From Chloroflexota bacterium (GTDB taxonomy: Bacteria; Chloroflexota; UBA11872; VXOZ01), in assembly GCA_965221905.1 (NCBI GenBank), contig OZ244922.1, forward strand, positions 864,001 to 928,000: a stretch of 64,000 bases of DNA, written 5' to 3'. Below, piece after piece: positions 18,794-28,812 of the stretch. Positions within the stretch are counted from its first letter, which is position 1. Each line of letters starts with the position of its first letter. The position numbers and the translations under genes were made by a program. Under the pieces are notes generated by a model that worked only from the letters and a program-made list of their open reading frames with translations, ran no database searches and was not told the DNA's origin.

Positions 18794-19642
18794 TCAGGCT
18801 CCTTTCTTCAGCTCCCATACGATCACTATCGGTAAACCTCTAACTGCGGCCTCCGTTAGATCGGGCATTTGCGCGGCGAATCCCATTGTAGCGATTTCTT
18901 GGTCTCCCCAGAGAGGCTCTATGCATTGGACGACTTTGAGTCCCGCCTTGTGGAACGCCGTGAGATAGTCAGATGCCAGGTGGACATTGTTCCTGACTAC
19001 TCCATATTCAGTTTGGCTAAGCCGGTAGCCGACGTGCACGCCAAGCAGCACCATCATGGGGTGGACGTCGGAGATGACTACATGCCCGCCGGGTCGCACG
19101 ACCCGCGCGAGCTCTCTGATGGGCGGCCCCAGATCGGCGCAGTGGGTCAGCGCCAGTGAACAGACAGCGCTGTCCATAGTTTCATCCGATAATGGGATCG
19201 CCGTCAGATCGCCGGTCTCGAACTGGGCCGCAGGCACCTTCGCCCTAGCTCTCTCCAGCATCTCAGCCGTAGAATCAATGCCGGTAACCCGATGACCCAA
19301 TGAGGCCAGGTATGCAGCGTGCCTCCCTGTGCCGCAGGCGGCGTCAAGTGCTGCACCAAGCGGGTATTGTCCGAGAAGTCCGTGCACAACGGGTTCTTCG
19401 GCGAGAAACATGGGGTTGCGGTCAGTGTCGTAGCTAGCGGCCCGTTCGGCATATCCGGCTGTGACCGTCTGTTCACCCGCAACGATGGGGGCCGACCACG
19501 GCGCTTTTTCATACTCTCCGGCTATCTCAAGTATCTTATGCGCTCTGGCTTTGACGGTCGCAAAATCCAACATCCAGGACCTAAGAATCGCAAGCCCCTG
19601 TAACCCTAGGATGAAGTCACCGAATCTAGCTTGGTCGGCCAT
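18794..19642 (-). CDS. Class I SAM-dependent methyltransferase
   Basis: ALDAACGTGRH, GIDST and ELARVVRPGG; ATG 19642 follows AAGGAG. Confidence 0.9.
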   Translation of the reverse strand: MADQARFGDFILGLQGLAILRSWMLDFATVKARAHKILEIAGEYEKAPWSAPIVAGEQTVTAGYAERAASYDTDRNPMFLAEEPVVHGLLGQYPLGAALDAACGTGRHAAYLASLGHRVTGIDSTAEMLERARAKVPAAQFETGDLTAIPLSDETMDSAVCSLALTHCADLGPPIRELARVVRPGGHVVISDVHPMMVLLGVHVGYRLSQTEYGVVRNNVHLASDYLTAFHKAGLKVVQCIEPLWGDQEIATMGFAAQMPDLTEAAVRGLPIVIVWELKKGA

Positions 19643-19686
19643 GGCCGGGTCTCCTTTAGCTATGGCGCTCACTCCCAGCGAAAGCA

Positions 19687-20397
19687 TTAGTCTATTAGGT
19701 CTGAGAGCGCCCTAATAGTCATATCCGGGCGAACTGTGGTCGCATCCGGCAGTCCGCCTCCCCGCGCATCCACCCAAACGGCGTAGATGCCCACATGCTG
19801 CGCGCCGCGAATATCGAACTCCAGGTTGTCGCCGACCATCCAGGCCTCGGTATGCCCTACGCTCAGAGACTCGATGGCGTGTTGGAAGGCTCTCTCTTCC
19901 GGCTTGCCGATCCCAAGCTCGCCCTCGATCTGAATGTGGTCGAAATACTTTGCCAGGGAGAACCGCTCTATCTTAGCTCGCTGCATCTCGGCACTGCCGT
20001 TTGTAACCAGACCCAAGTGGATGCCTGTCTTCTTTAGCTGTCGCAGCGTCTCGATGGCTCCCGGAAACGGTCGCATCGCCTCATCGCTGATGTGATTGTA
20101 CCGCTCACCCATGCGGGTTATGAGCCGGGAATCGGAAAAATCGAAACGAGCGAAGGCTGCAAGCAAGATGTCTCTCCTGGCTTGTAGCATGTTAAGGCGA
20201 CCCAGGCGCGCACGCTCCATGTCGCTCCAATACCAGTCTCGGGCTTGAAGTACGGCAGCCTGGAGCTCTTCTGCAGGCACGTCTCCGAGAATGTCGGCAA
20301 ACTCGCGGCAGAGCTGGAGCCACGCCAAGTCTGGATCGCTGTACCAGTCCAGAATCGTGTCGTCGAGATCGAGAAGAAGCACTTTGGGCAGTTTCAT
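19687..20397 (-). CDS. HAD-superfamily hydrolase (IA)
   Basis: LLDLDDTILD, LVTNG, GKP and MVGDNLEFDI. Confidence 0.92.
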   Translation of the reverse strand: MKLPKVLLLDLDDTILDWYSDPDLAWLQLCREFADILGDVPAEELQAAVLQARDWYWSDMERARLGRLNMLQARRDILLAAFARFDFSDSRLITRMGERYNHISDEAMRPFPGAIETLRQLKKTGIHLGLVTNGSAEMQRAKIERFSLAKYFDHIQIEGELGIGKPEERAFQHAIESLSVGHTEAWMVGDNLEFDIRGAQHVGIYAVWVDARGGGLPDATTVRPDMTIRALSDLID

Positions 20398-20812
20398 GTG
20401 GGCAATTATAGTTATACAGACAGGATGAAGCTAGGGGAGTGAGTGGCTCAGTTGCCGGTTGAGAAACCCATCACGCGCGGGCTTTTGCGGTATACAGCCG
20501 GGAGGATCGAGTCGTCGGTATCCAGAAGTCAAACCTCAGGAGTGGCAAATGCGTCAAACTCGCCTTGTTTGCGTGTGGCAGACGTGGCCATGGTGTCAGA
20601 CTAGGCGTCACACGAGCTCCCAGAACCACTGCCTCATTTACTTCAACCTGTGATGTCTATTAGCATCAGGGTAACTCTCTAGGCGAGAATGTACAGTAGA
20701 ATACGCACATCGCGGGCACCTAATGCTATGTCGCCATTCCAGTCTTCTCAACTGACGTTCGCCAAATTGAACAGGGCACGCATAATCACGGCCACCCACG
20801 GAGAAAGCCTGT

Positions 20813-21271
20813 ATGGAGACTTCCCTCCCGCTATCGGACCGTCTAAAGCTACGGAAGGCTAGCCAAGACGACATGGAGTTCGCTTTCCAAGTAAAGCGGG
20901 CCGCCTTCAGAGAGTACGCGGAGCTCGTATGGGGCTGGGACGAAGACATGCAGCGGCAGCTTCACGACCGACGATTCCGGGAACAGGACTACCGCGTCAT
21001 CAGTCTGGACGGCAAAGACATCGGGATCATATCGATGGCTGTAGAGCCCGATTGTGTGTTTGTAAATAATCTATATATTCTGCCGGAGCACCAAGGCCAG
21101 GGAGTTGGCCGGAAATGCATGCAAGTCATCTTGGAACGAGGGCGTGATCTGGGCTTGACGGTAAGACTTCAAGTGCTGAAAGTTAATCCTAGAGCGGTGG
21201 CGTTCTATAAAAGGCTGGGCTTTACGATCACGGACGAAACGGACACCCACTTTCTGATGCAAAGTATGTGA
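20813..21271 (+). CDS. GNAT family acetyltransferase
   Basis: PEHQGQGVG acetyl-CoA motif and NPRAVAFYKRLGF. Confidence 0.92.
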   Translation: METSLPLSDRLKLRKASQDDMEFAFQVKRAAFREYAELVWGWDEDMQRQLHDRRFREQDYRVISLDGKDIGIISMAVEPDCVFVNNLYILPEHQGQGVGRKCMQVILERGRDLGLTVRLQVLKVNPRAVAFYKRLGFTITDETDTHFLMQSM

Positions 21272-21434
21272 GTCCGTGAAGCTTCATCCTAGAGAATTGG
21301 CTCTAGGCGGCAAATGTAGACGGTCTTCCCACTCGGATCACTTCACCGCCTCTGGAGTATTCGTTACCCTGGAATTCGGGGACGTCTTCACGTTCTGCTA
21401 TCGCCTTGCGCCAATCGGCTCTCGCGAACGACAA

Positions 21435-22115
21435 TTATGTAGTCACACTGATGATATCTTGGACTTCGGTGACGCAGTCGATAATGTGATCTGGGGGTTG
21501 GAGATCGGTCGGATACTGCCGACCGCGTTGCACCCAAGCCGCCTGCATGCCGCAGCGCTTGGACCCATCGATGTCTGCTATGGGATTGTCACCTACGAAC
21601 ATGACCTGACTGGGCTTTTTGATACCGGTCGCCTGCAGGGCGTCGCGAAATATCCTTGGGTCCGGCTTCGCATACCCGGCATCCTCGGAAACGATGATGA
21701 ACGGGGCGAGTTGAGCCAGTCCCGCTACCCGGCACTTGACGTGCTGGTTGCTTGAGCCGTTCGTGACAATGCCCCACGGCACTCCTCGCTCGTTGAGCCA
21801 GGCAAGGAAATCGTTGACCTTGTGGTCCGGCTCCACGTGCCGCGCTATCGCGGCGCGGTACCATTCCATCACCGCCTCAACGTCGAGTCCGGTCTCCGGC
21901 CACTCGGTGACCCACCTTTCGAACATCGTCGCGCGGTCAGGGTAACCGTCTTCGTCCCAACGCATCATTGCCGCGACCGCATCTTCTCGTGTCACGGAGG
22001 TCTTTCCACTGAGGTGCTCTGCGTAAAAGCTTTCGGCAACCTTGAAGAAGGTCGCGTTTCTATCAAGCAAGGTGTTGTCTAAGTCGAATATCAAGCCTGT
22101 GACGGCGGTATTCAA
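21435..22115 (-). CDS. HAD-superfamily hydrolase (IA)
   Basis: FDLDNTL, IVTNG, KPDPRIF and FVGDNPIADI. Confidence 0.92.
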   Translation of the reverse strand: MNTAVTGLIFDLDNTLLDRNATFFKVAESFYAEHLSGKTSVTREDAVAAMMRWDEDGYPDRATMFERWVTEWPETGLDVEAVMEWYRAAIARHVEPDHKVNDFLAWLNERGVPWGIVTNGSSNQHVKCRVAGLAQLAPFIIVSEDAGYAKPDPRIFRDALQATGIKKPSQVMFVGDNPIADIDGSKRCGMQAAWVQRGRQYPTDLQPPDHIIDCVTEVQDIISVTT

Positions 22116-22239
22116 GGTCTCTCTCCGATTCGTTGAGCTGGATGGTGGGTGTCTCGTGGCCGGGGTTGATGGTAGTAGCCGCTCACCTCTCTTCTATACA
22201 CCGCGATGTGACTAGCGAACCCAACTACACGGCCAAGTC

Positions 22240-22356
22240 TCAAGGGCAGTCGGCAAACTAATAGTAAAGCTGGAGCCAAGCTTCATCAGGGTCGCTGTAC
22301 GAGTCCAGAATCGTGTCGTCGAGATCGAGAAGGAGCGCTTTGGGTAGACTTTTCAT
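22240..22356 (-). pseudogene. Truncated duplicate of the 5' end of the HAD gene at 19687-20397
   Basis: Translates MKSLPKALLLDLDDTILDSYSDPDEAWLQLYY*FAD versus MKLPKVLLLDLDDTILDWYSDPDLAWLQLCREFAD; the upstream DNA is also similar. Confidence 0.85.
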
Positions 22357-22521
22357 GCGGGTAATTATAGTTGCAGAGACAGGTAGAAGCCAGGGCAAAT
22401 GGGCGTTCTATCCGCCCCGCCAACTCGCAGTCCACTGACTCGAGCGCGTGGGTATCATTGTCCGGCTTGGTCGCATACGCCTTACCGAACCGGCCGGTCC
22501 TTTGGTATCGTTAGATGTCAA

Positions 22522-22836
22522 TCAGACCATAGGTAGACTAATCAACGCTTCCAAATCGTCGGGTTGCACGGTGTCGCTGGCGACTCTGTTGGCCCGAACC
22601 ACTCCGCAGGTCATGCACCGGTGGACCAACTGAAGACCCTTTTTCGAATTGTGTCTTATTGCTATCGGCTGCATCATGCCTTTACACGAAGAGGCCCTGT
22701 CCCCAGGCGCCATGTCGAGATGTTGCGAATAGAGGCACTGTGGGCAGTGGTTTCGGTAGCTTCCGTTCGTCAGGGGAACCACTTCCAATCCGCAGCGAAG
22801 GCATGTGAATGCCGTGTTTTTTCTGGCTCTGCTCAC
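22522..22836 (-). CDS. RNHCP domain protein (Zn-ribbon)
   Basis: FTCLRCG, GSYRNHCPQCLYSQH, GDRASSC and HRCMTCG. Confidence 0.9.
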   Translation of the reverse strand: MSRARKNTAFTCLRCGLEVVPLTNGSYRNHCPQCLYSQHLDMAPGDRASSCKGMMQPIAIRHNSKKGLQLVHRCMTCGVVRANRVASDTVQPDDLEALISLPMV

Positions 22837-22837
22837 A

Positions 22838-22878
22838 CCTGATCTCCTTAATCTGAGTTGTCAGATCAAGAGATCAGG
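22838..22878 (-). promoter_or_regulatory. Hairpin that sequesters the RBS of the RNHCP gene
   Basis: mRNA sense CCTGATCTCTTGATCTGA-CAAC-TCAGATTAAGGAGATCAGG immediately before the GTG start; AAGGAG lies in the 3' arm. Confidence 0.7.
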
Positions 22879-23131
22879 GTTCCGTTTGCTCTTACCTAGG
22901 CTTCCAGGCTTGGCTGAGTCATTGACTGATTCGCCGTCGTTCCTTTGGGGTCAACGGCTACTTCCGGTTCCACCTTCAACGGGGCTTCTTCCATCCCCGC
23001 ATCCGAACCACGGCCGACTTTGTTCGTCTTTGTATCGGCCACTGTGGGGCACCCGTGGTACGCATTGCCCGTCCGGCACCCCCCACCGGTATGTGTTCTC
23101 TCAGCCTCACTGGCTTCGGCGTCGTCCCCCG

Positions 23132-23167
23132 TCAGGCGTGAGCAGAGTTAGTGTTTTGGCGGCTCAA
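23132..23167 (-). CDS. Putative 11-aa leader peptide MSRQNTNSAHA
   Basis: Strong SD AAGGAGG, 6 nt, then TTG AGC CGC CAA AAC ACT AAC TCT GCT CAC GCC TGA. Confidence 0.4.
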   Translation of the reverse strand: MSRQNTNSAHA

Positions 23168-23516
23168 CTATTGCCTCCTTTTTGGCTTTAAGAGCTTCGA
23201 ATAGCCGTTGGATCCCAGCTATGCAGCAGACCCATCGGCAAAGCAAAGTTTATCAGAAAACTCGCTACAGAAGATATCATGAGCGGTCAGTCTGCGTGCA
23301 CGCTTGCCGGAAAAAACCAAGAGAAGGTGAATTGATGGTGTCGTTCTTGCAGCATTCGGATATACTGCACTGTGCAGCGCTGCACCGACCTTGCAAAGTC
23401 AAGCAATAGTAAAGTGTGCCAGTTATGAGTCTTGTTGGCACATTGCGGGATTGAATGAATGGCAACTAGCGCTGCCTAATCGGTCCCTTGACAGGAAAGC
23501 GAAAAAGGAAAGAGTG

Positions 23517-24425
23517 ATGGTATCTCTAACGTACGATGCCGAGAATAGCGTTTACGACTTTGAGACTTCTGAATTGAAAGGTTCCCTGCGGGCGCAGTCG
23601 CCGGATCCGCAGGTGGATATTCGGCACGGGATTAGTCAGCTGGTGCACAAGCCGAGCGGGGTCTCCATCATTCATCCCAAGTATTCGGCGCTCAATCTCT
23701 TTCGGCTGTTCGCGACGCATACGGGTCTGGGCGAACCGCGTCTGTTCGAGCGCACCGTAAGTGTGGACGGCGACACGCTGGTCGTGAATTGGGGCCCGGC
23801 TGATGAGCACTTTGCCAGCATTGAGGCGCGCTATCAGGTCAGGGAACCCAATCTGATCGACCTGACGATCACGGTGTGCGCCGAGGCCACGTACGAGAGC
23901 TACGAGATATTTCTTTCCAACTACTTCGATCCGCCGCTGCTGGCGCACGTCTACCTGGCCACCGACCGCTACACTCGCGAGCCGGGGGCCGAGGAGCTTG
24001 TCGCGCCCCAGGAGAACCCCATCTTCAAGGGCATGGGGCTTGTGTATACGCGGGATGCGCATGCGGCGCGGCGCTGTGTGGACGGCCGCTGGGAGCGCAA
24101 GGAGATGGGGCATCCGACCGCGCAGTTCCGACCCCAGCGCGAGTACGCCGTGCCCGTGGCGTTTCAGGCCGATATGGACAAGCGGGTGGCCGCGGTGGTG
24201 ATGTCGCGGCCCCAGGACTGCTTTGCCGTCACCAGCGGGTACAACACGGACGATCCCGAAGACGCCTGGAAGGTGCAGAACCCGCTTTACCTTTCGCTGT
24301 TCGGCAGCGACTTTGTGCCGGGCACGGTGCGCACGGCGCACGTGCGGCTGGCAATAACGCCGCTGGATGACGCAATGTCGCAGCCGCTGGCGCTGTACCG
24401 GCAGTTTCTCGCGGAGACAGAATAG
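23517..24425 (+). CDS. Hypothetical protein, possibly beta-sandwich/galactose mutarotase-like
   Basis: Long ORF with GC-rich codon usage; ATG follows AAGGAAAG; no catalytic motif recognised. Confidence 0.7.
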   Translation: MVSLTYDAENSVYDFETSELKGSLRAQSPDPQVDIRHGISQLVHKPSGVSIIHPKYSALNLFRLFATHTGLGEPRLFERTVSVDGDTLVVNWGPADEHFASIEARYQVREPNLIDLTITVCAEATYESYEIFLSNYFDPPLLAHVYLATDRYTREPGAEELVAPQENPIFKGMGLVYTRDAHAARRCVDGRWERKEMGHPTAQFRPQREYAVPVAFQADMDKRVAAVVMSRPQDCFAVTSGYNTDDPEDAWKVQNPLYLSLFGSDFVPGTVRTAHVRLAITPLDDAMSQPLALYRQFLAETE

Positions 24426-24489
24426 ACCAGTAGTTCAACAACATTGTAATGATAGGCAATTGCTCCTGGCGTTATTGGCGACAACGCAG

Positions 24490-24520
24490 GAGGCGCAGGT
24501 TGCAAACCTACGCTACCGGG
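24490..24520. repeat. REP-like repeat GCGCAGGTTGCAAACCTACGCTACCGG
   Basis: Internal palindrome; its reverse complement recurs at about 29857-29885. Confidence 0.7.
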
Positions 24521-24585
24521 CTGCAACCCAGCAATACAAACGTGTCGCACCGCTCGCTTAGCGGCGAGAGGAAGGACTATCTGAG

Positions 24586-25794
24586 ATGAAGAAGCTACGC
24601 ATTGCCGTCATTGGTGCGGGATCGGGGCCCGGTGCGCGGGCGCGCGGGTGGATCGAGACCGTGGCGAAACTCACCGACCACTTCGATCTGTGCGCCATCT
24701 GCGACATCAACCCGGCGGTTGCGGAAGAAATTTCGGCAAAACATGGCGTGGCGCAATCCTTTACCAACGTGGCCGCCACGCTGGACGAGGCCAAACCTGA
24801 TCTGGCGCTTATTCTGGTGCCGACCGACGGCCAATCGGCGGTAGCAGTTGAAGCAGCCAAGCGCGGCATCAACATCATTACCGAAATACCATACGGCATC
24901 ACCCTGGAAGTCGGCGATGCCATTCGCGACACGTGCCAGGAGCATGGTGTGGTCTGGGAGATTGCCGAGCAGGTCTGGCTCTGGCCGCAGGAACAGCTCA
25001 AGGCCAAGATCGTCGAATCCGGCTACATCGGCAAGCTCTCCATGGCCCGTCTCTGGTATGCGAGCGGAAGCTATCACGGCTTCAACGCCGTGCGCATGAT
25101 TCTGCGCGATTCGGTGCGGCGCGTGCTGGCGTACGTGGCGGAATCAGAAACCGATCAGTACCTGACCTACGGCGGCGAACAGGCGACGACGGTTGTTTGG
25201 GAGTCCATGTGGATCGAGTACATGCGGGGCACGATGTGCCTCTACGAACGGGCGCCGCGACCGTTCTCCAAGCACTCCAAGGCAAACCATTGGGATATCG
25301 AAGGCTCCAGCGGGCACATCTCCGGCCGCGACGTAGTCCTGCTTGCCGGTGAACCCGACCAGCCGCAGACGATACAAGAGCAGTACGTGACCGTCGGCGG
25401 CGAGCACGTGTTGGAATACGTGTACCTGGACCGCGTGCCCGACCTGCGGTGGGAGAATTCCTACAAGGCGTACCGGGTAGGCAACTTGGACGACGTGGCA
25501 AAAGCGGAAATCCTCACGAGCACGCACCAGTCGATCGTGGAAGGCACGCCGGTGCAGTACGGGCCGGAGGGTGCCCGCGCCGACTTGGAACTCTCGTTTG
25601 TCATGGCCGAGAGCCAGCGGCTGGGGAATGTCTGGGTTGACGTGCCACTGCCGGGACCGACGGAACTCTCCGAGCGTATCGAGCGTATGTTCGTTGAGAC
25701 GTACGGGCACGATCCCATTGCGGGCAGCCGGGAGTTGCTCGACGTGCCGATTGGCCGTAAGGGAGTCTGGTGGCCGGCAGCGCAGTGGCTATAG
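24586..25794 (+). CDS. Gfo/Idh/MocA family NAD(P)-dependent oxidoreductase
   Basis: KLRIAVIGAG Rossmann start, AICDIN and ITEIP (EKP-like). Confidence 0.88.
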   Translation: MKKLRIAVIGAGSGPGARARGWIETVAKLTDHFDLCAICDINPAVAEEISAKHGVAQSFTNVAATLDEAKPDLALILVPTDGQSAVAVEAAKRGINIITEIPYGITLEVGDAIRDTCQEHGVVWEIAEQVWLWPQEQLKAKIVESGYIGKLSMARLWYASGSYHGFNAVRMILRDSVRRVLAYVAESETDQYLTYGGEQATTVVWESMWIEYMRGTMCLYERAPRPFSKHSKANHWDIEGSSGHISGRDVVLLAGEPDQPQTIQEQYVTVGGEHVLEYVYLDRVPDLRWENSYKAYRVGNLDDVAKAEILTSTHQSIVEGTPVQYGPEGARADLELSFVMAESQRLGNVWVDVPLPGPTELSERIERMFVETYGHDPIAGSRELLDVPIGRKGVWWPAAQWL

Positions 25795-25987
25795 AGATGT
25801 TGCCTAGGCGTACAGCCGCGTGGTGCCCGTTCAGGACACCGAACATGCGCTGATCTAAAGGTGCGGGGTACTTCTCGAAGATAAGCGAGTTTTTGTTTCC
25901 ATCCCGTAACACTCTTGTGAGCATTAGCCAATCTACGGACAGGCTTTACTTTATGGTTGGCGTCGATGGTTGAGGGCTCACAGCTTT

Positions 25988-26057
25988 CGTCATTCCGGCG
26001 AAAGCCGGAATCCATCCTCTCTGGTTTTCCTGGACTCCGGCTTTCGCCGGAGTGACG
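25988..26057. repeat. CGTC-type REP doublet
   Basis: CGTCATTCCGGCGAAAGCCGGAATCC-spacer-GGACTCCGGCTTTCGCCGGAGTGACG. Confidence 0.9.
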
Positions 26058-26201
26058 AGCAGGTTGCCACACCTAACCCATCAATTAAAGTGGCATAACC
26101 GACTGCGCTGCTTTTTATGGGAATCGCTGGCCCAAGTTTGGCCCTTCCCGCTTGCCTTCTCTTACCAAATCAGTCAGCGAATTACATGGCACCTTAGATT
26201 T

Positions 26202-27539
26202 TTACCGCACCAGACGCCGGAACGGTTCGCGTTTCGTCTCGGCCTCGAGCAACGTGTCAAGCTCGCCGGCCAGGGCGCATTTGACTACCTCTAATGACTC
26301 TGCGGCGGCCGCAGCCGTGATGGCGATGTCCTCATCGGAGTGCGCCAGCGTGGCGGTGAACGTCATCGGGCAGAAGATACCGCGCTTCACCATCTCCTGA
26401 ATGAAGAGCGTTTCGATGGGCTTCTTGAGTGAGGGGTCCGGCAGATCGAATTCGAGCGTCGGCATGGTGTGAACGCCAGTAACTGAGGCAGCGATGCCGA
26501 CCGATTCGATGGCGTCCTGCAGCGCCGCCTTGACCTTCTCGCCGATTTCCTCGAAGCGCGCCGGGCCGTTGCGCCGCTTGAGCTCGGTGATGTTCGCCAC
26601 CGACGCCGCCAGGCCGACGGCTTCGCTCCAGTACGAACTCGACACGAACATGCGGCCGGCGGGCTCCATGGCTTCGCGGGAGCCGACCACGCAGCCCATG
26701 GCATAGCCGTTTGACATGGACTTGGCGAAGGTGGACATATCCGGCGTGACGCCGAGCCACTCTTGCGCGCTGCCCAGGGACAACCGCCAGCCCGACGACA
26801 CCTCGTCGAGGATGAAGAGCGCGTCGTTGGCGTGACAGAGCGCCTTGACAGCTTCCAGATAGCCGGGTTTGGGAGGTTGGGAGCGCATCGCCTCCATCAT
26901 CACCGCCGCCACCTCGCCTCTGTTTTCGGCGAACAGTTGCTCCAGACCGTCGAGATCGCCATAGGTGAATGGGAGTGCCGTGCCCGCCAGCGCCCGGGGC
27001 ACGCCGATGGGCTCGATGCCGGCGAAAGGAAAGTCGCCGGATTCGGGATCGACCAGGTAGTTGGCGGACTGGTACCAATCATGCCAGCCGTGGTAGCCGG
27101 AAAAGAGAATCTTGTCCCTGCCGGTGGTGCCGCGCGCGATGCGGACGGCCACGGCGCACGCCTCGCCGCCGCCCTTGGTGTAGCGCACCATCTCGGCGCT
27201 GGGAATGGTGTCAACCAAGATCTCGGCAAGCTCGATTTCCAGTGGGCTGTTCAGGCTGTACAGGCTGCCCTTGTCGATCTGCTCCTTCACGGCGGTGTCC
27301 ACCACGTCGTCGGCGTGACCGAGGATGATGGCAGTCACGGCGTTGACCCAGTCGATGTACTCGTTGCCGTCAACGTCCGTGAACTGCGATCCCTTGGCAT
27401 GAGCGGCGTAGATCGGACTAATCGGATGGGCGAAACTGCTCGCCCGGCGGCTGATGAGCTGCGTCCTGCCGGGAATGAGCTGCTCAGCCTTCTGGTAGAG
27501 GTCCAGGGACCGCTGTACTTTGCTCTGCGTCTTAATCAC
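26202..27539 (-). CDS. Class III PLP aminotransferase (glutamate-1-semialdehyde aminomutase-like)
   Basis: DVDGNEYID, GYHGWHDW, FILDEV and STFAKSMSNG (PLP Lys). Confidence 0.92.
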   Translation of the reverse strand: MIKTQSKVQRSLDLYQKAEQLIPGRTQLISRRASSFAHPISPIYAAHAKGSQFTDVDGNEYIDWVNAVTAIILGHADDVVDTAVKEQIDKGSLYSLNSPLEIELAEILVDTIPSAEMVRYTKGGGEACAVAVRIARGTTGRDKILFSGYHGWHDWYQSANYLVDPESGDFPFAGIEPIGVPRALAGTALPFTYGDLDGLEQLFAENRGEVAAVMMEAMRSQPPKPGYLEAVKALCHANDALFILDEVSSGWRLSLGSAQEWLGVTPDMSTFAKSMSNGYAMGCVVGSREAMEPAGRMFVSSSYWSEAVGLAASVANITELKRRNGPARFEEIGEKVKAALQDAIESVGIAASVTGVHTMPTLEFDLPDPSLKKPIETLFIQEMVKRGIFCPMTFTATLAHSDEDIAITAAAAAESLEVVKCALAGELDTLLEAETKREPFRRLVR

Positions 27540-27871
27540 ATTCAGGCTTTTCTATTACTTGGGATGTTTGCTGGCACTTCACCGGAGGGTGCAACAAGGC
27601 TATCCACGCTGCCGGTGCATCGGCAGTGTACCCTTTTCTGCCAGTAATCTCAAGATTAAAAGAACCCATGGTTTGAGGCGACGCGCTCTAATGTGCTGGT
27701 GCTCCCATTGCCCGGTGCATGGACAGGCGCACTTGCTTTAACTTCCCTGAACTGATGGAGAGTTCTGCTGCAAGCGAGTGCGAGAGGTCTTCATAACTGT
27801 TTACCAGAGTGTCTTCCGTGCGAAATCGCCGGGTCAGTGCACGTTACCGTTCAAGTAGAATCAGCAGCACC

Positions 27872-28594
27872 CTAACGGTCGCTCGTCTCCGTGAATACGG
27901 CGCGGGCGGTCAAGAGTTGCTCGGCGTAGAACTGGGAATCGGTGCTACCCCGCGCCTGCAGAGACGCGACTGCGGCGCTAAACTCGGCTTCGCCAGATTC
28001 CTCCCGGCCTTCGAGCAAGGCCGCTAGCCCGATATAACCTTCCAGCATCAAGCGGCCCTCCGGGTCCTCGCCATGCTCCAGATTGTAGACATGGGCTGCT
28101 CTAAGCACTTGCAGGGCCTCCGCGTAATGCTTGTGCGCAATAAGTTGGGCACCCAGGAACCAATAGGTGAACGCCAGTTGCGCGGCAGTTGGGTCGAGTT
28201 CATGCAGTTGGCGCACGCTGTAGCGGGCGAAGATGAGGCCCTGCTCCATCTGCTCATCTGAGATCGACATTCCCGGTTCGCTCCACCCGGGCCACGTGAA
28301 AGAGGCAACATTGGTCGCCATGCGCTTGGCCGCGAAACGAAGATCCTTGGCAGCGGTTTCGTCCTTGCCATCGTGTGCGTGTGCAGCGGCCAAGCAGTAG
28401 TGGATGCCGGCACTGCCGAAGTGCAGCACCTGCTCAATTGATTTGGCCCTGTGGTAGCAATTGAGAATGAGGTCTCCGAACGCCGCAGCAACTGTTTGCG
28501 TATCTCCAAGGCCAAGCACGAATGCGCTGGCGGCAAAGAGGTCTTTTTCCTCAATCAGGGCTTGCACCGATTGGTAGATTTCTTCACGAGTCAT
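27872..28594 (-). CDS. Hypothetical alpha-helical (TPR-like) protein
   Basis: 240-aa ORF with NVASFTWPGW and an Ala/Leu-rich helical pattern. Confidence 0.7.
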   Translation of the reverse strand: MTREEIYQSVQALIEEKDLFAASAFVLGLGDTQTVAAAFGDLILNCYHRAKSIEQVLHFGSAGIHYCLAAAHAHDGKDETAAKDLRFAAKRMATNVASFTWPGWSEPGMSISDEQMEQGLIFARYSVRQLHELDPTAAQLAFTYWFLGAQLIAHKHYAEALQVLRAAHVYNLEHGEDPEGRLMLEGYIGLAALLEGREESGEAEFSAAVASLQARGSTDSQFYAEQLLTARAVFTETSDR

Positions 28595-28759
28595 GGGTAC
28601 TGTTTTCTGCCGAGCCTCCCGGCCGAAATTGGCGTTTCTGAATCAAACATCTTGTAGGAGGGAGGGGCGACTTAGTTTTTACCACACTGTTGCCTCGGAA
28701 TTCTATTCAGGCTTGCAGATCATAGCCAATTGATTGGCAGAGATCGCAATTCAGTCACT

Positions 28760-28809
28760 TGAATGGGACTAGAAGGGTGACCGGTGAATGGGACTAGGAG
28801 GGTGTCCGG
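28760..28809 (+). repeat. 25-bp direct tandem repeat, 2 copies
   Basis: TGAATGGGACTAGAAGGGTGACCGG / TGAATGGGACTAGGAGGGTGTCCGG. Confidence 0.8.
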
Positions 28810-28812
28810 CTC

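Noticed and set aside
18794-22836. Methyltransferase/HAD/GNAT run as an integron cassette array
   Set aside because: Mixed orientations, no recognisable attC (RYYYAAC...GTTRRRY) sites and no integrase.
26202-27539. Assigning hemL to this or the other two class III aminotransferases
   Set aside because: All lack the PGGVNSPVRAF N-terminal signature and have no hem gene neighbours.
28760-28809. Tandem repeat as a mini-CRISPR
   Set aside because: Only two abutting units, no spacers and no cas genes.
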